A program made the position numbers and the translations under genes. A DNA stretch of 63,954 nucleotides, the filler included, from Chiloscyllium plagiosum (taxonomy: Eukaryota): the NCBI RefSeq assembly GCF_004010195.1. It is 5 parts of one record of this genome, joined end to end, with 100 filler letters (N's around TTAATTAATTAA, not from the genome) between each part and the next. Parts side by side here need not be neighbours in the genome. Positions count along the whole stretch, not along the records: positions 24,068 to 35,810 come from NC_057711.1; positions 35,911 to 44,136 come from NC_057711.1; 3 more parts are not named here. One strand, given 5' to 3'. Of the stretch, positions 26,020 through 38,900 are shown in pieces (the stretch's first letter is position 1; every line of letters starts with the position of its first letter). The notes beneath the pieces are model-generated. The model searched no databases, was not told the DNA's origin, and was given only the letters and a program-made list of their open reading frames with translations.

Positions 26020-26399
26020 TATTAAGTGAGCTATGAAAAAAAATGACAAAGAGTACATATGATGAATATATGTCTCAAAGACTTGTATGGACGAAATGGT
26101 TTTGATTCTTTGGCAGTGGCATGAACATTGTGGAAATTGGGAGAGGGATCAGCTTCAGCTGAACCATGCTAAGACCAGTGCTTTTGTGAATCGTATACTC
26201 GGGTGGTAATGAGATTTGATGATTCAGGCTGGGATAGGCCTTGACTGCATTGACCATTTAAAATGCTGTCTGTGTGGTGTTCAACATTGGATTGTCTGTT
26301 AACTCATATTTACCTCAATCCTAAATATTAGAGTTTATATTTTTATCTACTGTTTACAATCTAGAGTAATTCTCTTGTTCAGCATACCTATTTCGTAAT

Positions 26400-26623
26400 A
26401 TAGGTCATTCTGCTATATATAATGTGCGTTTCGTTGACACAAATTTACTATCACACGATGATGAATTGGGATCACTGTTTCTAAAATACCAAGTTTTAAA
26501 ACATGTATTAGTTATAACGCAATCCCAAATTCATTTGTTTAAATAGTACTGCTATTACATGATTTTCGTGGAAGACAGGATTTCACAAGAACAGAACTAC
26601 CACTTTATAGCATAACTGACTGT
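26400..26623. mobile_element. Possible old Tigger/pogo-type MITE
   Basis: Imperfect terminal inverted repeat AGGTCATTCTGCTATA / TATAGCATAACTGACTGT. Confidence 0.4.
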
Positions 26624-26667
26624 GTAGCGTTTGTTTTTTTTTAAAGTTGCATAAGAGTTTCGGTGTT

Positions 26668-26960
26668 ATTAGAGTTATTAGAGTTAGAATTTTTTCGAGT
26701 ATTTGAATTAGAATCCCCACAGTGTGGAAACAGGCCCTTCAGCCTAACTAATCCACACCGACCCGCCAAAGAGTAACCCACCCAGACCCATCCCCTGCCC
26801 TATATTTGCCCCTGACTAATGCACCTAATCTACACATCCCTGAACACTATGGGCTGTTTAGCGTGGCCAATTCACCTAATCTGCACATCTTTGAATTGTG
26901 GGAGGAAGCCAGAGAACGCAGAGCAAACCCACAGAGACACGAGGAGAATGAGCAAACTCG
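26668..26960 (-). mobile_element. 5'-truncated SINE copy carrying the 3' flank of the 25697 SINE, with 11-bp TSD
   Basis: Near-identical to 25663-25948, including the non-SINE flank. GTTTCGGTGTT at 26657-26667 and 26961-26971. Confidence 0.9.
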
Positions 26961-27642
26961 GTTTCGGTGTTGCCATTCACCTCTCTTTCTTTATTACTGG
27001 CTCTTCAACTCATTCTACTCTTTAAAAGATTATGGTATGTCAAACTGTATCATAATGATCAAGCTTGTTCACTAGCCATATTATGGAATCACAGCATTAT
27101 TGCAAGAGTGCTATTCAGCTTTGTTGCTTTGCATGAAGGGTTCCCACATCCCAAAGATATTACTATGCAGCCTACTGAGCACAGAAACCCACATATTAGA
27201 ACATCCTAAACTTAGATCAATTATCATGATTGGATTTACCTGTGTACTCAGTTTAACCATCAGGGTGGCCATAAGGGATCTATGTTTGGAATGCTCTCAT
27301 GTGTGGGTTTCTGTGCTCAGTTGACTGCATAGTAATACCTCCTTATTTAAAAATATTCTTGAACAGGAAGTACTTTTTTCATCTTTACAAATGGGTTTTA
27401 AAGTGTTTTAAATCCAATTTTTCAGTTGTTCCCTCTTCCATTCCTTTTTACAGTTCAACATGATCCAAGTATTCCCTTCAGAACGAGACAATGACTGATC
27501 AAAGATGAAGTGGGATTCCTCTTTGGATTTATTCATTGCTTCACAGGTTGCACTGATGACTGTGGTGTACTGCTTTTGGATTAGGGTGAGGTGAGGTATC
27601 ATATGGATATTCATTTGTTCCATGATGGGCTCATTGAGACAG

Positions 27643-27978
27643 TTAGATTAGATTAGATTAGATTAGATTAGATTATCTACAGTATGGAAACAGGCCTTTC
27701 GGCCCAACATGTCCACACCAACCCTCTGAAGAGTAAACCGCCCAGACCTATTCCCCCACCCTATATTTACCCCTGACTAATACACCTAACACTATGGGCA
27801 ACTTAGCACAACCAATCCACCTAACCTGCACATCTTTGGATTGTTGGAGGAAACTGGAGCACCCAGAGGAAACACACACAGACACGGGGAGAACGTGCAA
27901 ACTCCACATAGACAGTTGCCTGAGGTGGGAATCAAACCCTGGGTTCCTGCTGCTGTGAGGCAACAGTGCTAACCACCG
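27643..27978 (-). mobile_element. HE1 SINE with expanded (TTAGA)n tail
   Basis: HE1 body plus about six TTAGA units. Confidence 0.9.
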
Positions 27979-28387
27979 TTATAGTGTTTTTATAGTGAAA
28001 CAGCCTCCATGGATTTAGTACTCTTCCTCAGATTTATCTTTTCAGAAGAATGTGTTTATTCCACTTTGTTCTTTGAGCAGATTCTTTTCTGAATATTATA
28101 TCTCACTCAAGGCAGTGATGTCGATGCCTCGGTTCCCAAGCTACAAAAGCAGTAAAGGTTCAGGTCCATCTCTCCTGGGGTTACTCCTGTGGTCCTGATG
28201 TGTCAGATCCAGAACTTGATGATGAACTTAGCACAATGCTAATAATTCAGACACATGCCAATCAGTATGTTGGAATTTTCAAAAGGGATTTTGCAACCAA
28301 ATGATTCGGCTAACTTGTACGTTTTTATTGGTTCATGGATTTCTATTTGTTTGCAATTTGCAGGAACATCAACAGCACACCCTATGG

Positions 28388-28532
28388 GTAAGTAAGGTAA
28401 AGTCACCATAGTCTGAGAGGACCATTGGGCAGCTCTGTCATGACAGAGAGAGATAACTGGTGATGAGTTTAACTCATGGATCATTACATCTTAGACAACG
28501 GGAGAGGTTGAGAAAGTGAGATGTTCATGGTT
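28388..28532 (-). mobile_element. Fragment of a second tRNA-SINE family
   Basis: Reverse-complement homolog of the 3' half of 33030-33240. Confidence 0.6.
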
Positions 28533-28656
28533 AAGTGTAGGATCACAAATAGCAACTTCTGGATTTCGATGATTAACTCGTGTTGACCAGAATTCAGAAA
28601 TTATTACCAGTTTCAGAGGAAAAATGATGCTCTATCAGTCCTGCACAAGCTATTTA

Positions 28657-29010
28657 GGGTGACACGGTGGCTCAGTGGTTAGCACTAATACTTCACAGCA
28701 CCAGGGACCTGAGTTCACTTCCAGCCTTCAAAAGTGACTGTATGGAGTTTTCACATTCTCTCTGTGTCTGCGTGAGTTTCGCTAGGTGCTCTGGTTTCCT
28801 ATCTCAGTCTAAGGATGTGCAAGTTACGTGGATTGGCCATGCTAAAGTTCCCTTAGTATACAGGGATTAATAGTCTAGATGAATTAGCCATGGTAAACGC
28901 AGGTTACAGGAAGAGGGTGGGTGCTTGGGTCCAGACGGGATGCTGTTTGGAGGATTGGTGCAGACCTGATGGGCTCAATTGGCTCTTTTCACATTGTAGG
29001 GGCTCTGTGA
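28657..29010 (+). mobile_element. Older HE1-related SINE
   Basis: GGTGGCTCAGTGGTTAGCACT head with a diverged V-domain and tail. Confidence 0.8.
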
Positions 29011-29597
29011 TATGGCTGGATGGATTAAGACAAATTAGTTTATTTTGCCACTAAGTTGCCACACATAGGTCTTTATGTTGATTTTGAATATTCCACCAAC
29101 CTTTCTCCTTTGGACTGTACATTTCCCCTCAAAAGATTTTTCTGCTTTGTCCAAAACAGGACTCCCTTCCTCGAAGCACTTGTGAAAGCAATATGTCCAC
29201 TGGTGTCTCTGAAAACAACCTGTCACATTTCTGTCTTAGCTATTTCGTGCATTCACAATATTGTTTCATCTTATATTATCCTTTAAGAAAGGGTTTCAGT
29301 AGGTTTTGTTTTCTTAACTAAGGATGCTCCTACTCATAGGTGTTGGAATGCTTGAATTTTGGTGAGTAAACTAATTCATCTCGTCTAGAAGTTAGAAGCA
29401 ATGGGGTAGTGATCAACCAAAAAGTGCTATACCTCAGCTAACTTATAACTGCCAAGCATTCAGACTCTTCAGATATGCATGAAGAACATTTAACTCAATC
29501 ATCCCTGTAGCTGAGTTTAATTGTTGTTTTTGCAATATTTCAGTTTCTGATTATTACATTTTGATTATATTACTGTATTCTAATTACATTTCGCAAG

Positions 29598-29724
29598 TGC
29601 ATTTTCTGATAAATGGATGTCTGGCCTCAACATTACAGAAGAAATAAAAACAGAGACTGAGCTCATCAAACGCCCTGTGGAGTACAATCCAGGCTCCAGT
29701 GAAGGACAACATTTCGACCTTTGA
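29598..29724 (+). CDS. Candidate terminal exon (AFSDKWMSGLNITEEIKTETELIKRPVEYNPGSSEGQHFDL*)
   Basis: Coding-like composition in unique AT-rich DNA with a weak AAG acceptor. No homolog recognised. Confidence 0.18.
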
Positions 29725-30124
29725 ACTCAATTATCCTGGAATTCTGGACCTGTTGCTTCAATTGAACCAGAGAAATTTATTTTATTCATTTTCATTATAT
29801 AGAATTCTCTTCAGTAACAAAAGTAATGAACAAAAAAATGCATAAGCTATTACCACTAATTTTACAAATTGTTGTCACAATAGTCCTGTTAAATTTCCTT
29901 ACCTTGTGACAAAAGCTCTCTCTAATAACATAAATCCATTTTGCCATATCTTCTCCTCCTTTCCTGATTATGAACAATGCGATATTGTATTTCTGCAAGG
30001 ATAATTATCACACTCATTAAAAAAAGCTCTTATCATCTTTGGTAAGAATGAGTGCATAAACATTACACACTCAGAACTATGAGGATGCTGATTTGCTTGA
30101 TCAAAACGGTCACAGTGTTAAATA

Positions 30125-32485
30125 GTAAGACCGTAAGTCCATAAGACATAGGAGTGGAAGTAAGGCCATTCGAGCCATCAAGTCCACTCCGCCATTCAAT
30201 CATGGCTGATGGGCATTTTAACTCCACATACTCGCACTCTCCCCACAGCCCTTAATTCCTTGCAAGATCAAGAATTCATCAATCTCTGCCTTGAAGGCAT
30301 TTAACATCCTGGCCTCCAATGCGCTCCGTGGCCCACCACTCTCTGGCTGAACAAACATCTCCTCATTTCCTTTTTAAATTGACCCCCTCTAATTCTACGG
30401 CTGTGCCCACGGGTCCTAGTTTTCCCGCCCAATGGAAATAACTTCCCAGCATCCACCCTTTCTAAGCCATGTATTATCTTGTAAGTTTCAATTAGATCTC
30501 CCCTCAACCTTCTAATCTCTAATGAATACAATCACAGGGTCCTCAGCCAATCATCATAGGTTAGGCCTACCATTCCAGGGATCATCCGTATGAATCTCCA
30601 CTGGACACACTCCAGTGTCATTATGTCCTTCTTGAGGTGTGAGGCCCAAAATGGGGCCTAACTAGAGCTTTATAAACTCTCAGAAGTGCATCACTGATTT
30701 TATATTCCAACCCTCTTGAGATAAATGACAACATTACATTCACTTTCTTAATCACAGACTCAACCTGCAAGTTAACCTTTAGAGAATTCTGGACTAGCAC
30801 TCCCAGATCTCTTTGTATGTTGGCTTTATGAATTTTCTCACCATTTAGAAAATAGTCCATGCCTGTATTCTTTTTTCCAAAGTGCAAGAACTCGCATTTG
30901 CTCACATTGAATTTCATCAGCCATTTCCTGGACCACTCTCCTAAACAGTCTAAATCTTTCTGCAGCCTCCCCACCTCCTCAGAACTACCTGCCTGTCCAC
31001 CTAACTCCGTATCATCGGCAAACTTCACTAGAATGCCCTCGGTCCCTTCATCAAGATCATTAATATATAAAGTGAACAGCTGCTGCCCCAACACTGAACC
31101 CTGCGGGACCCCACTTGTCACAAGCTGCCATTCTGAAGAAGAACTATTTATCCCAATTCTCTGCCTTCTGTCAGACAGCTAGTCCACAATCCATGCCAGT
31201 AGCTCACCTTGAACACAAAGGGCCCTCACCTTACTCAGCAGCCTCCCGTGAGACACATTATCAAAGGCCTTTTAGAAGTCTAGATAGATGACATCTACTG
31301 GGTTTCCCTGGTCTAACCTACTTGTTACCTCTTCAAAGAATTCTAACAAGTTTGTCAGGCACGACCTCCCCTTACTAAATCCATGCTGACTTATTCTACT
31401 CCAACCTTGCACTTCCAAGAATTTAGAAATCTCATCCTTAAAATTGGAATCTAGAATTTTACCTACAACCAAGTCTATAACTTTCCATCTTTTGTCTTGA
31501 TTCTTTCTTGAACAAGGGGGCTACACAGTGATTTTCCAACCATCTGGGACTTTCCCTGACTCCAGTGACTTTTGAAAGATCTCAACCAATGCCTCCACTA
31601 TTTCCTCAGCCACCTCCCTCAGAATCGGGGCTGGGAGATTTATCAATTTTTAGATCTTTTAGCTTTTCTAGCACTTGCTCTTTCATAATGGCTACCATTA
31701 TCAACTCTGCCCCTGACTTTACTTCATTATTGGGATATTGTTCATGTCTTCTACTGCAAAGACTGACACAAAGTACTTATTACATTCTTTAGCTATTTCC
31801 TTATCTCCCATCACTAGCCTTTCAGCATCAATTTGGTGCAGCCCAATGTCTACTTTTGCCTCTCGTTTGTTTCTTAAGTATTGAAAGAAACTTTTACTAT
31901 CACTTCTAATATTACTGGCTAGCCTACCTTCATATTTGATCCTGTCCTTCCTTATTTCTCTCTGTTATTCTCTGTTTGCTTTTGTAGTCTTCCCAATCTT
32001 CTGATTTCCCAGTGCTGTTGGCCACTTTATAGGCTCTTTCTTTTGCTTAGATACATTTCCTGACTTCCTTCATTAGCCATATTTGTCTAATCCCTCCCCG
32101 CCCACCGGGTAATCTTTTTTTTCTTTGGGATGAACCTCTGTATTGTGTCCTCAATTACACGCAGAGACTCCTGCCATTGTTGCTCTACTGTCTTCCCCAC
32201 TAGGCTCTGCTTCCAGTCAATTTTCATCAGTTCCTCTCTCAAGCCCCTGGAATTATCTTTATTTAACTGTCGCATCATTACTTCTGATTTTGCCTTCTCT
32301 CTTTCAAATTGCAGACTGAACTCTACCATATTATGATCACTGCCTCCTAAGTGTTCCCTTACTTTAAGATCTTTTATAAAGTCTGGCTTATTACATAAGA
32401 CTAAGTCCAGAATAGCCTGCTCCCTTGTTTGCTCCATCACAAGCTGTTCCAAAAAGCCATCCTGTAAGCATTCCATGAATTCCCA
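30125..32485 (-). mobile_element. CR1-clade LINE (end of endonuclease, RT, 3' UTR), decayed
   Basis: ILDLVLCN...SDHNMV, QHGFSKGRSCLTNLLEFFE, SGVPQGSVLG and FADDTELGG motifs. Confidence 0.92.
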
Positions 32486-32719
32486 TAATTTTTGCAGTAA
32501 GTCTGCCTTTGGTTTAGAATTTGTTTATCAAATTGAAAAGTATTGTGACAATGTAACTGTGTGTATCAGTAAAATGAATCATTTTCAGACCTTTGATTTA
32601 ACACAGTAACCAATCTGTTATTGAATTTGCATGTGTATTTGGGTAGTTCTGAAAAGCAGGTTTCCTGAAGAGGACATTTACTTCACTTTTTACTCTGAGA
32701 CATTCTAAATTTGTTGTTT

Positions 32720-33285
32720 TTGGTGTGTTCCATCCTCTGTGCAAAAGCTTGCTCGCACACCTTCTTTGAGCTTATTCCCCTCTCAACTTAAACATATGCC
32801 CTTGAGTCATTTAACATTTCCACCCTAAGAAAAGGACTCTAACTATTCACCCTGTCCATGCCTCTCATAATTCTATATACTTATATCAGGTTGCCCCTTA
32901 GTCTCTGATGCTCTAGTGTGAACAATCTAAATTTGTTCAACTTCTCCCTACTTCCCAATCCTAGCAACATTCTGGTAAATTTATTTTGCACCTTCTCCAA
33001 AGCCTCTGCATACTTCCTATAATGTGGCAGGGAATCAGTTTAGCTCAGAAGGCTGGATTGTTGGTTTACAGAATGCTGTAATGCTAACAGTGTGGGTTCA
33101 ATTCCCATCACTGGTTTGATGTTACCATGAAGGACTCTTCTCTTGCCTGAGGCCTGGTGGCCCTCGGACTAAATCACCACCGGTTGCTTCTATCTAATGA
33201 GATAGCAGCCCCTATGGTCTGGTAAGACTATGGCGACACACCACAACATAGTCTGGCAACCAGAGCTGCAGACAATACTGCTCAG
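32720..33285 (-). mobile_element. CR1 3' fragment interrupted by a SINE
   Basis: RGNLI(E)VYRIMRGMDRV on the minus strand; the host resumes after ~33250. Confidence 0.65.
33030..33245 (+). mobile_element. tRNA-derived SINE, non-HE1 family
   Basis: A-box-like TAGCTCAGAAGG and B-box GGTTCAATTCC; approximate TSD ATA(A/G)T(G/C)TGGCA. Confidence 0.7.
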
Positions 33286-33319
33286 TAAAGCTTTTTGCAG
33301 CTGCCATATTCAACTGAGT

Positions 33320-33690
33320 ACGGTATCAAGGAGTCCTAGAAAAACTGGAATCAATTGATATCGGGGACAAAACCTCCATTGGTTGGTATCGTACCTTTCA
33401 TACACGAACATGGTTATGGTTGTTGGAGGTCAGTCATCTCAGATCCAGGGCATCTCTGCAGGAGTTCCTCAGGATAGTGTCCTTGGCCCAACCATCTTCA
33501 GCTGCTTCATCAAAGACCTTTCTCTATTATAAGGTCAGAAGTGGGGATGTTCACCAATGATTGCACAATAATCAGCATCATTCACAACTCCTCAAATTCC
33601 GAAGCAATCCATATTCAAATGTAACAAGATCTGGACAATATCCAGACTTGGGCTGACAAATGGCAAGTAACCATTTGTGCTACATACATA
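33320..33690 (+). mobile_element. CR1-like RT fragment (third family)
   Basis: ISAGVPQDSVLGPTIFSCFIKDL...MFTNDCTI translation. Confidence 0.75.
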
Positions 33691-33924
33691 CCATAAGTGG
33701 TCCTGAACTCTGATCAACTGGCCTTTAAAAGATTCCTCTATATCATTTGTGGATTTACCTTCAAACAGCTATCACCCCTCCCAATTTCCAGTTTGTGCCT
33801 AATACTGCAGTAGCAAAACCATCGTAAGTCATTTGGCATGAATTTCCAAATGACAATGTATATTGGGAAAGCACATGACATCCTATCTGGGGAGTACAAT
33901 GGTTTTTCTTATTAACTGAGAATG

Positions 33925-34177
33925 ATTAGATTACTTACAGTGTGGAAACAGGCCCTTCGGCCCAAAAAGTCCACACCGCCCCACCGAAGTGCAACCCACC
34001 CATACCCCTACATTTACCCCTTACCTAACACTACGGGCAATTTGGCATGGCCAATTCACCTAACCTGCACATCTTTGGACTGTGGGAGGAAATCGGAGCA
34101 GTCGCCTGAGGCGGGAATTGAACCCGGGTCTCTGGCGCTATGAGGCAGCAGTGCTAACCACTGTGCCACCGTGCCGC
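33925..34177 (-). mobile_element. HE1 SINE with internal deletion
   Basis: Head and tail are intact; part of the central domain is missing. Confidence 0.9.
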
Positions 34178-35134
34178 TTATACTCGTAATACTAATCCTC
34201 TCATAAAACACCAGAACACTTTTGAATTATGATGCCTTTGCCATGATGACTTTTTCTTGCAGTATTCATTGATTAAGTTCAATGAACCATTTCAGTATTA
34301 TTCACTACTCAACAGACTTTAGTGTCTGTGTGTGGAGAGAGAGAAAGAGAGAGAGTTAAAGTTTTACGTCTGTGAGTTTTCATCTGGCTGTTGATGAAAA
34401 TCCTATAGAAAAATAATAGGATTTAAGTAAATGAGAGGAGAGATATGGGGAAAAGAACAGAAGGCAGCTTCTGTGATCAAGTGGAAAACAGGAACAATTA
34501 CATGAAAAATGGTGTGTCAAGGCCAAAGGGACAGGTGGAGAATAAAAGGCCAGGTCTTCCAAATGGAAAGTGGTCAATGCAGAAACATACCTTGAAAGAT
34601 ACACTCAAAAGTCCCAATGCGCCAACTGATGAGAATTGCCAGAAAGTTTAAACTTCTGATGGGCAATCACCCAGTATCTGGAGCTTATAAAACAGTACCC
34701 AGCTTTGAGTTTGACCAGATTCATTTACCTGGACAGTAATCCAGGAAAGGTAAGTGGATTAAAACCTGTTCACTCTAAATCTGAAATCACCACCTTAGCT
34801 GATCCCTCAGACATCCCTCATGACAATTCTGACACCCACGTACATGATCGACACCACTACTCCTCACCCATGTGCCACTATACACCCCTCATGTACCTGC
34901 TGCCATTCCCTTGTTATGTTGACCCTTAACTGCCTGCACCATTATACCCCTCGCTCCTTAACTACTACTCCACCCCCTTGCTCACTTCTCTCTTGCTGTA
35001 TCAGTCCTGTCATCCCAGGAAGCTGTCTGGTTTACTTGTGCAGCACTCCATCCATTGGTAGAGCACCCTTCCTCAGATACGGAAACCAAAATTGCACATC
35101 ACCTTGCAGTATCACCTTGGTCCTGGAGGAAAGC

Positions 35135-35810
35135 TGTCATAGAGTCATAGAGATGTACAGCATGGGTACAGACCCTTCGGTCCAACATGTACATGCAGAC
35201 CAGATATCCCAACCCAATCTAGTCTCACCTGCCAGCACCCAGCCCATATCCCTCCAAACCTTTCCTATTCATATACCCATCCAAATGGCTCTTCAATGTT
35301 ACAATTATACAGGCCTCCACCACTTCCTCTGGCAGCTCATTCCATGCACGTACCACCCTCTGCGTGAAAAGGTTGCATCGTAGGTCTCTTTTATATCTTT
35401 CCCCTCTCACCCTAAACCTATGCCCTCTAGTTCTGGACTCCCTGACCCCAGGGAAAAGACTTTGTCTATTTACCCTATCCATGCCCCACATAATTTTGTA
35501 AACCTCTATAAGGTCACTCCTCAGCCTCCGACGCTCTTGGGAAAACAGCCCCAGCATGTTCAGCCTCTCCCTATAGCCCAAATCCTCCAACCCTGGCAGC
35601 ATCCTTGTAAATCTTTTCTGAACCCTTTCAAGTTTCACAACATCTTTCAGATAGGAAGGAGACCAGGATTGTGTGCAAAATTCCAACAGTGGCCTAACCA
35701 ATGTCCTGTACAGCCGCAACATGACCTCCCAACACCTGTACTCAATACTCTGACCAATAAAGGAAAGCATATCAAACGCCTTCTTCACTATCCTATTTAC
35801 CTGCGACTCC
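35135..35810 (-). mobile_element. HER1/CR1 LINE 3' fragment
   Basis: ORF 35225-35788 is a HER1 C-terminus; TCTATGAC tail. Confidence 0.92.
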
Positions 35811-35910
35811 NNNNNNNNNNNNNNNNNNNNNNNNNNNNNNNNNNNNNNNNNNNNTTAATTAATTAANNNNNNNNNNNNNNNNNNNNNNNNNNNNNNNNNN
35901 NNNNNNNNNN

Positions 35911-38900
35911 GGGACTCGGGTTTCCCCTCGCTCTGCACCGGGACTCGGGTTTCCCCTCGCTCTGCACCGGGACTCGGGTTTCCCCTCGCTCTGCACCGGG
36001 ACTCGGGTTTCCCCTCGCTCTGCACCGGGACTCGGGTTTCCCCTCGCTCTGCACCGGGACTCGGGTTTCCCCTCGCTCTGCACCGGGACTCGGGTTTCCC
36101 CTCGCTCTGCACCGGGACTCGGGTTTCCCCTCGCTCTGCACCGGGACTCGGGTTTCCCCTCGCTCTGCACCGGGACTCGGGTTTCCCCTCGCTCTGCACC
36201 GGGACTCGGGTTTCCCCTCGCTCTGCACCGGGACTCGGGTTTCCCCTCGCTCTGCACCGGGACTCGGGTTTCCCCTCGCTCTGCACCGGGACTCGGGTTT
36301 CCCCTCGCTCTGCACCGGGACTCGGGTTTCCCCTCGCTCTGCACCGGGACTCGGGTTTCCCCTCGCTCTGCACCGGGACTCGGGTTTCCCCTCGCTCTGC
36401 ACCGGGACTCAGGTATATCCTCGCTCTGCTCCGGGACTCGGGTTTCCTCTCGTTCTGCTCTGCGACTCGGATTTCCTCTCGCTCTGCACCGGATCTCGGT
36501 TATCCCACACATTGCTCCGAGACCCGGGTTTCCCTCGTTCAGCTCGGGTTTCCCCTCACTCTTCCCCGGGATTCGGGATTCCCTTTGCACTGCTCCGGGA
36601 TTTGGGATTCCTCTTGAACTACTCCGGGTTTCGAGTTTCCCCTCGCTCTGCTCCGGGACTCGGGTCTCCCCTCGCTCTCACCGGGACTCGGGTTTCCCCT
36701 CGCTCTGCTCCAGGCCTCGGAATTCCCCTCACTCTGCAGGATTCGGAATTCCACTTGCTCTACTCCGGGATTCGGGTTCCCCCTCGCTATACTCCGGTAC
36801 TCAGGATTCCCTAGCATTGCTCCGGGTTTCGGACTTTCCTTCAGTCCTGTCTGAGACTCTGTTGTCCTCTCGCTCTGCTCCGGGACTCAGAATTCCACCT
36901 GCTCCGGGACTCGGGTTTCCCCTCGCTCTGCTCCAGGTCTCGGGATTCCCCTTGCCCTGCTCCGGGACTCGGGTTTCCCCACGCTCTGCTCCGGGACTCG
37001 GGTTTCCCCTCGCTCTGCACCGGGACTCGGGTATCCCCTCGCCCTGCTCCGGGACTCGGGTTCCCCCTCGCTCTGCTCCGGGACTCACGTTTCCTCTCGT
37101 TCTGCTCCGGGACTCGGGTTTCCTCTCGTTCTGCTCTGCGACTCGGATTTCCTCTCGCTCTTCACCGGATCTCGGTTTTCCCTCGCATTTCTCCGAGACC
37201 CGGGTTTCCCTCATTAATCTCTGGGACTCGTGTTTCCCCTCGCTCTGCTCCAGGACTCAGGTTTTCCCCTCGCTCTGCTCCGGGACTCAGGTTTTCCCTC
37301 GCTCTGCTCCGGGACTCGGGTTTCCTCTCGTTCTGCTCTGCGACACGGATTTCCTCTCGCTCTGCTCTGCGACTCGGATTTCCCCTCGCTCTGCTCCAGG
37401 TCTCGGGTTTCCCCTCGCCCTGCTCCGGGACTCGGGTTTCCCCTCGCTCTGCTCCGGGGCTCGGGTTTCCTCTCGCTCTGCACTGGGACTCGGGTTTCCC
37501 CTTGATCTGCTCCAGGCCTCGGAATTCCCCTCGCTCTGCACTGGGTCTCGGTTTTCCCTCGCATTGCTCCAAGACCCGGGTTTCCCTTGCTCAGCTCTGA
37601 GACACAGGATTCCCCTCACTCTGGACTAGGACTCAGGTTTCCCCTCGTTATGCTCCGAGACTCGGATTTCCCCTTGTTTTGCACCGGGACTCGGGATTCC
37701 CCTCACTCTGCTCCAGGATTTGGGTTTCCTCTCGCTCTGCTCCAGGCATCGGAATTACCCTCACTCTTCCCCGGGATTCGGGATTCCCTTTGCACTGCTC
37801 CGGGATTTGGGATTCCTCTTGAACTACTCCGGGTTTTGAGTTTCCCCTCGCTCTGCTCCAGGATTCGGAATTCCACTTGCTCTACTCCGGGATTCGGGTT
37901 ACCCCTCGCTGTACTCCGGTACTCAGGATTCCCTTGCATTGCTCCGGGTTTCGGACTTTCCTTCAGTCCTGCCTGAGACTCTGTTGTCCTCTCGCTCTGC
38001 TCCGGGACTCAGAATTCCACTTGCACTACTCCGGGATTTGTGTTTTCCCTCACTCTTGTCCCAAACTCACATTTCCCCTCGTTCTGCAGGACTCGGGTTT
38101 CCTCTCGTTCTGCACCGCATCTCGATTATCCCACGCATTGCTCCGAGACTCGGATTTCCCTCGTTCTGCTCTGGGACTCGGGTTTCCCCTCGCTCTGCTC
38201 CAGGACTCGGGTTTCCTCTCGTTCTGCTCTGTGACTCAGATTTCCTCTCGCTCTTCACCGGATCTCGGTTTTCCCTCGCATTTCTCCGAGACCCGGGTTT
38301 CCCTCGTTAAGCTCTGGGACTCGGGTTCCCCCTCGCTCTGCTCCAGGACTCGGGTTTCCGCCCACTCTGCTCCGGGACTCAGGTTTTCCCTCGCTCTGCA
38401 CCGGGACTCGGGTTTCCCCTCGCTCTGCTCCGGGACTCGGGTTTCCCCTCGCTCTGCTGCAGGCCTCGGAATTCCCCTTGCTCTGCACCGGGACTCGGAT
38501 TTCCTCTCGCTCTGCACCGGGTCTCGGTTTTCCCTCGCATTGCTCCAAGACCCGGGGTTCCCTCGCCCAGCTCTGGGACACAGGATTCCCCTCACTCTGG
38601 ACTAGGACTCAGGTTTCCCCTTGTAACGCTCCAAGGCTCGGATTTCACCTTGTTTTGCACCGGGACTCGGGATTCCCCTCACTCTGCTCCAGGATTTGGG
38701 TTTCCCCTCGCTCTGCTCCAGGCATCGGAATTTCCCTCACTCTTCCCCAGGATTCGGGATTCCCTTTGCACTGCTCCGGGATTTGGGATTCCACTTGAAC
38801 TACTCCGGGTTTCAAGTTTCCCCTCGCTCTTCTCTGGGATTCGGAATTCCACTTGCTCTACTCCGGATTTCGGGTTACCCCTCGCTATACTCCGGTACTC

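Noticed and set aside
35911..36410. CRISPR-like 29-bp repeats
   Set aside because: Head-to-tail units with no unique spacers, no cas genes, and a vertebrate context.
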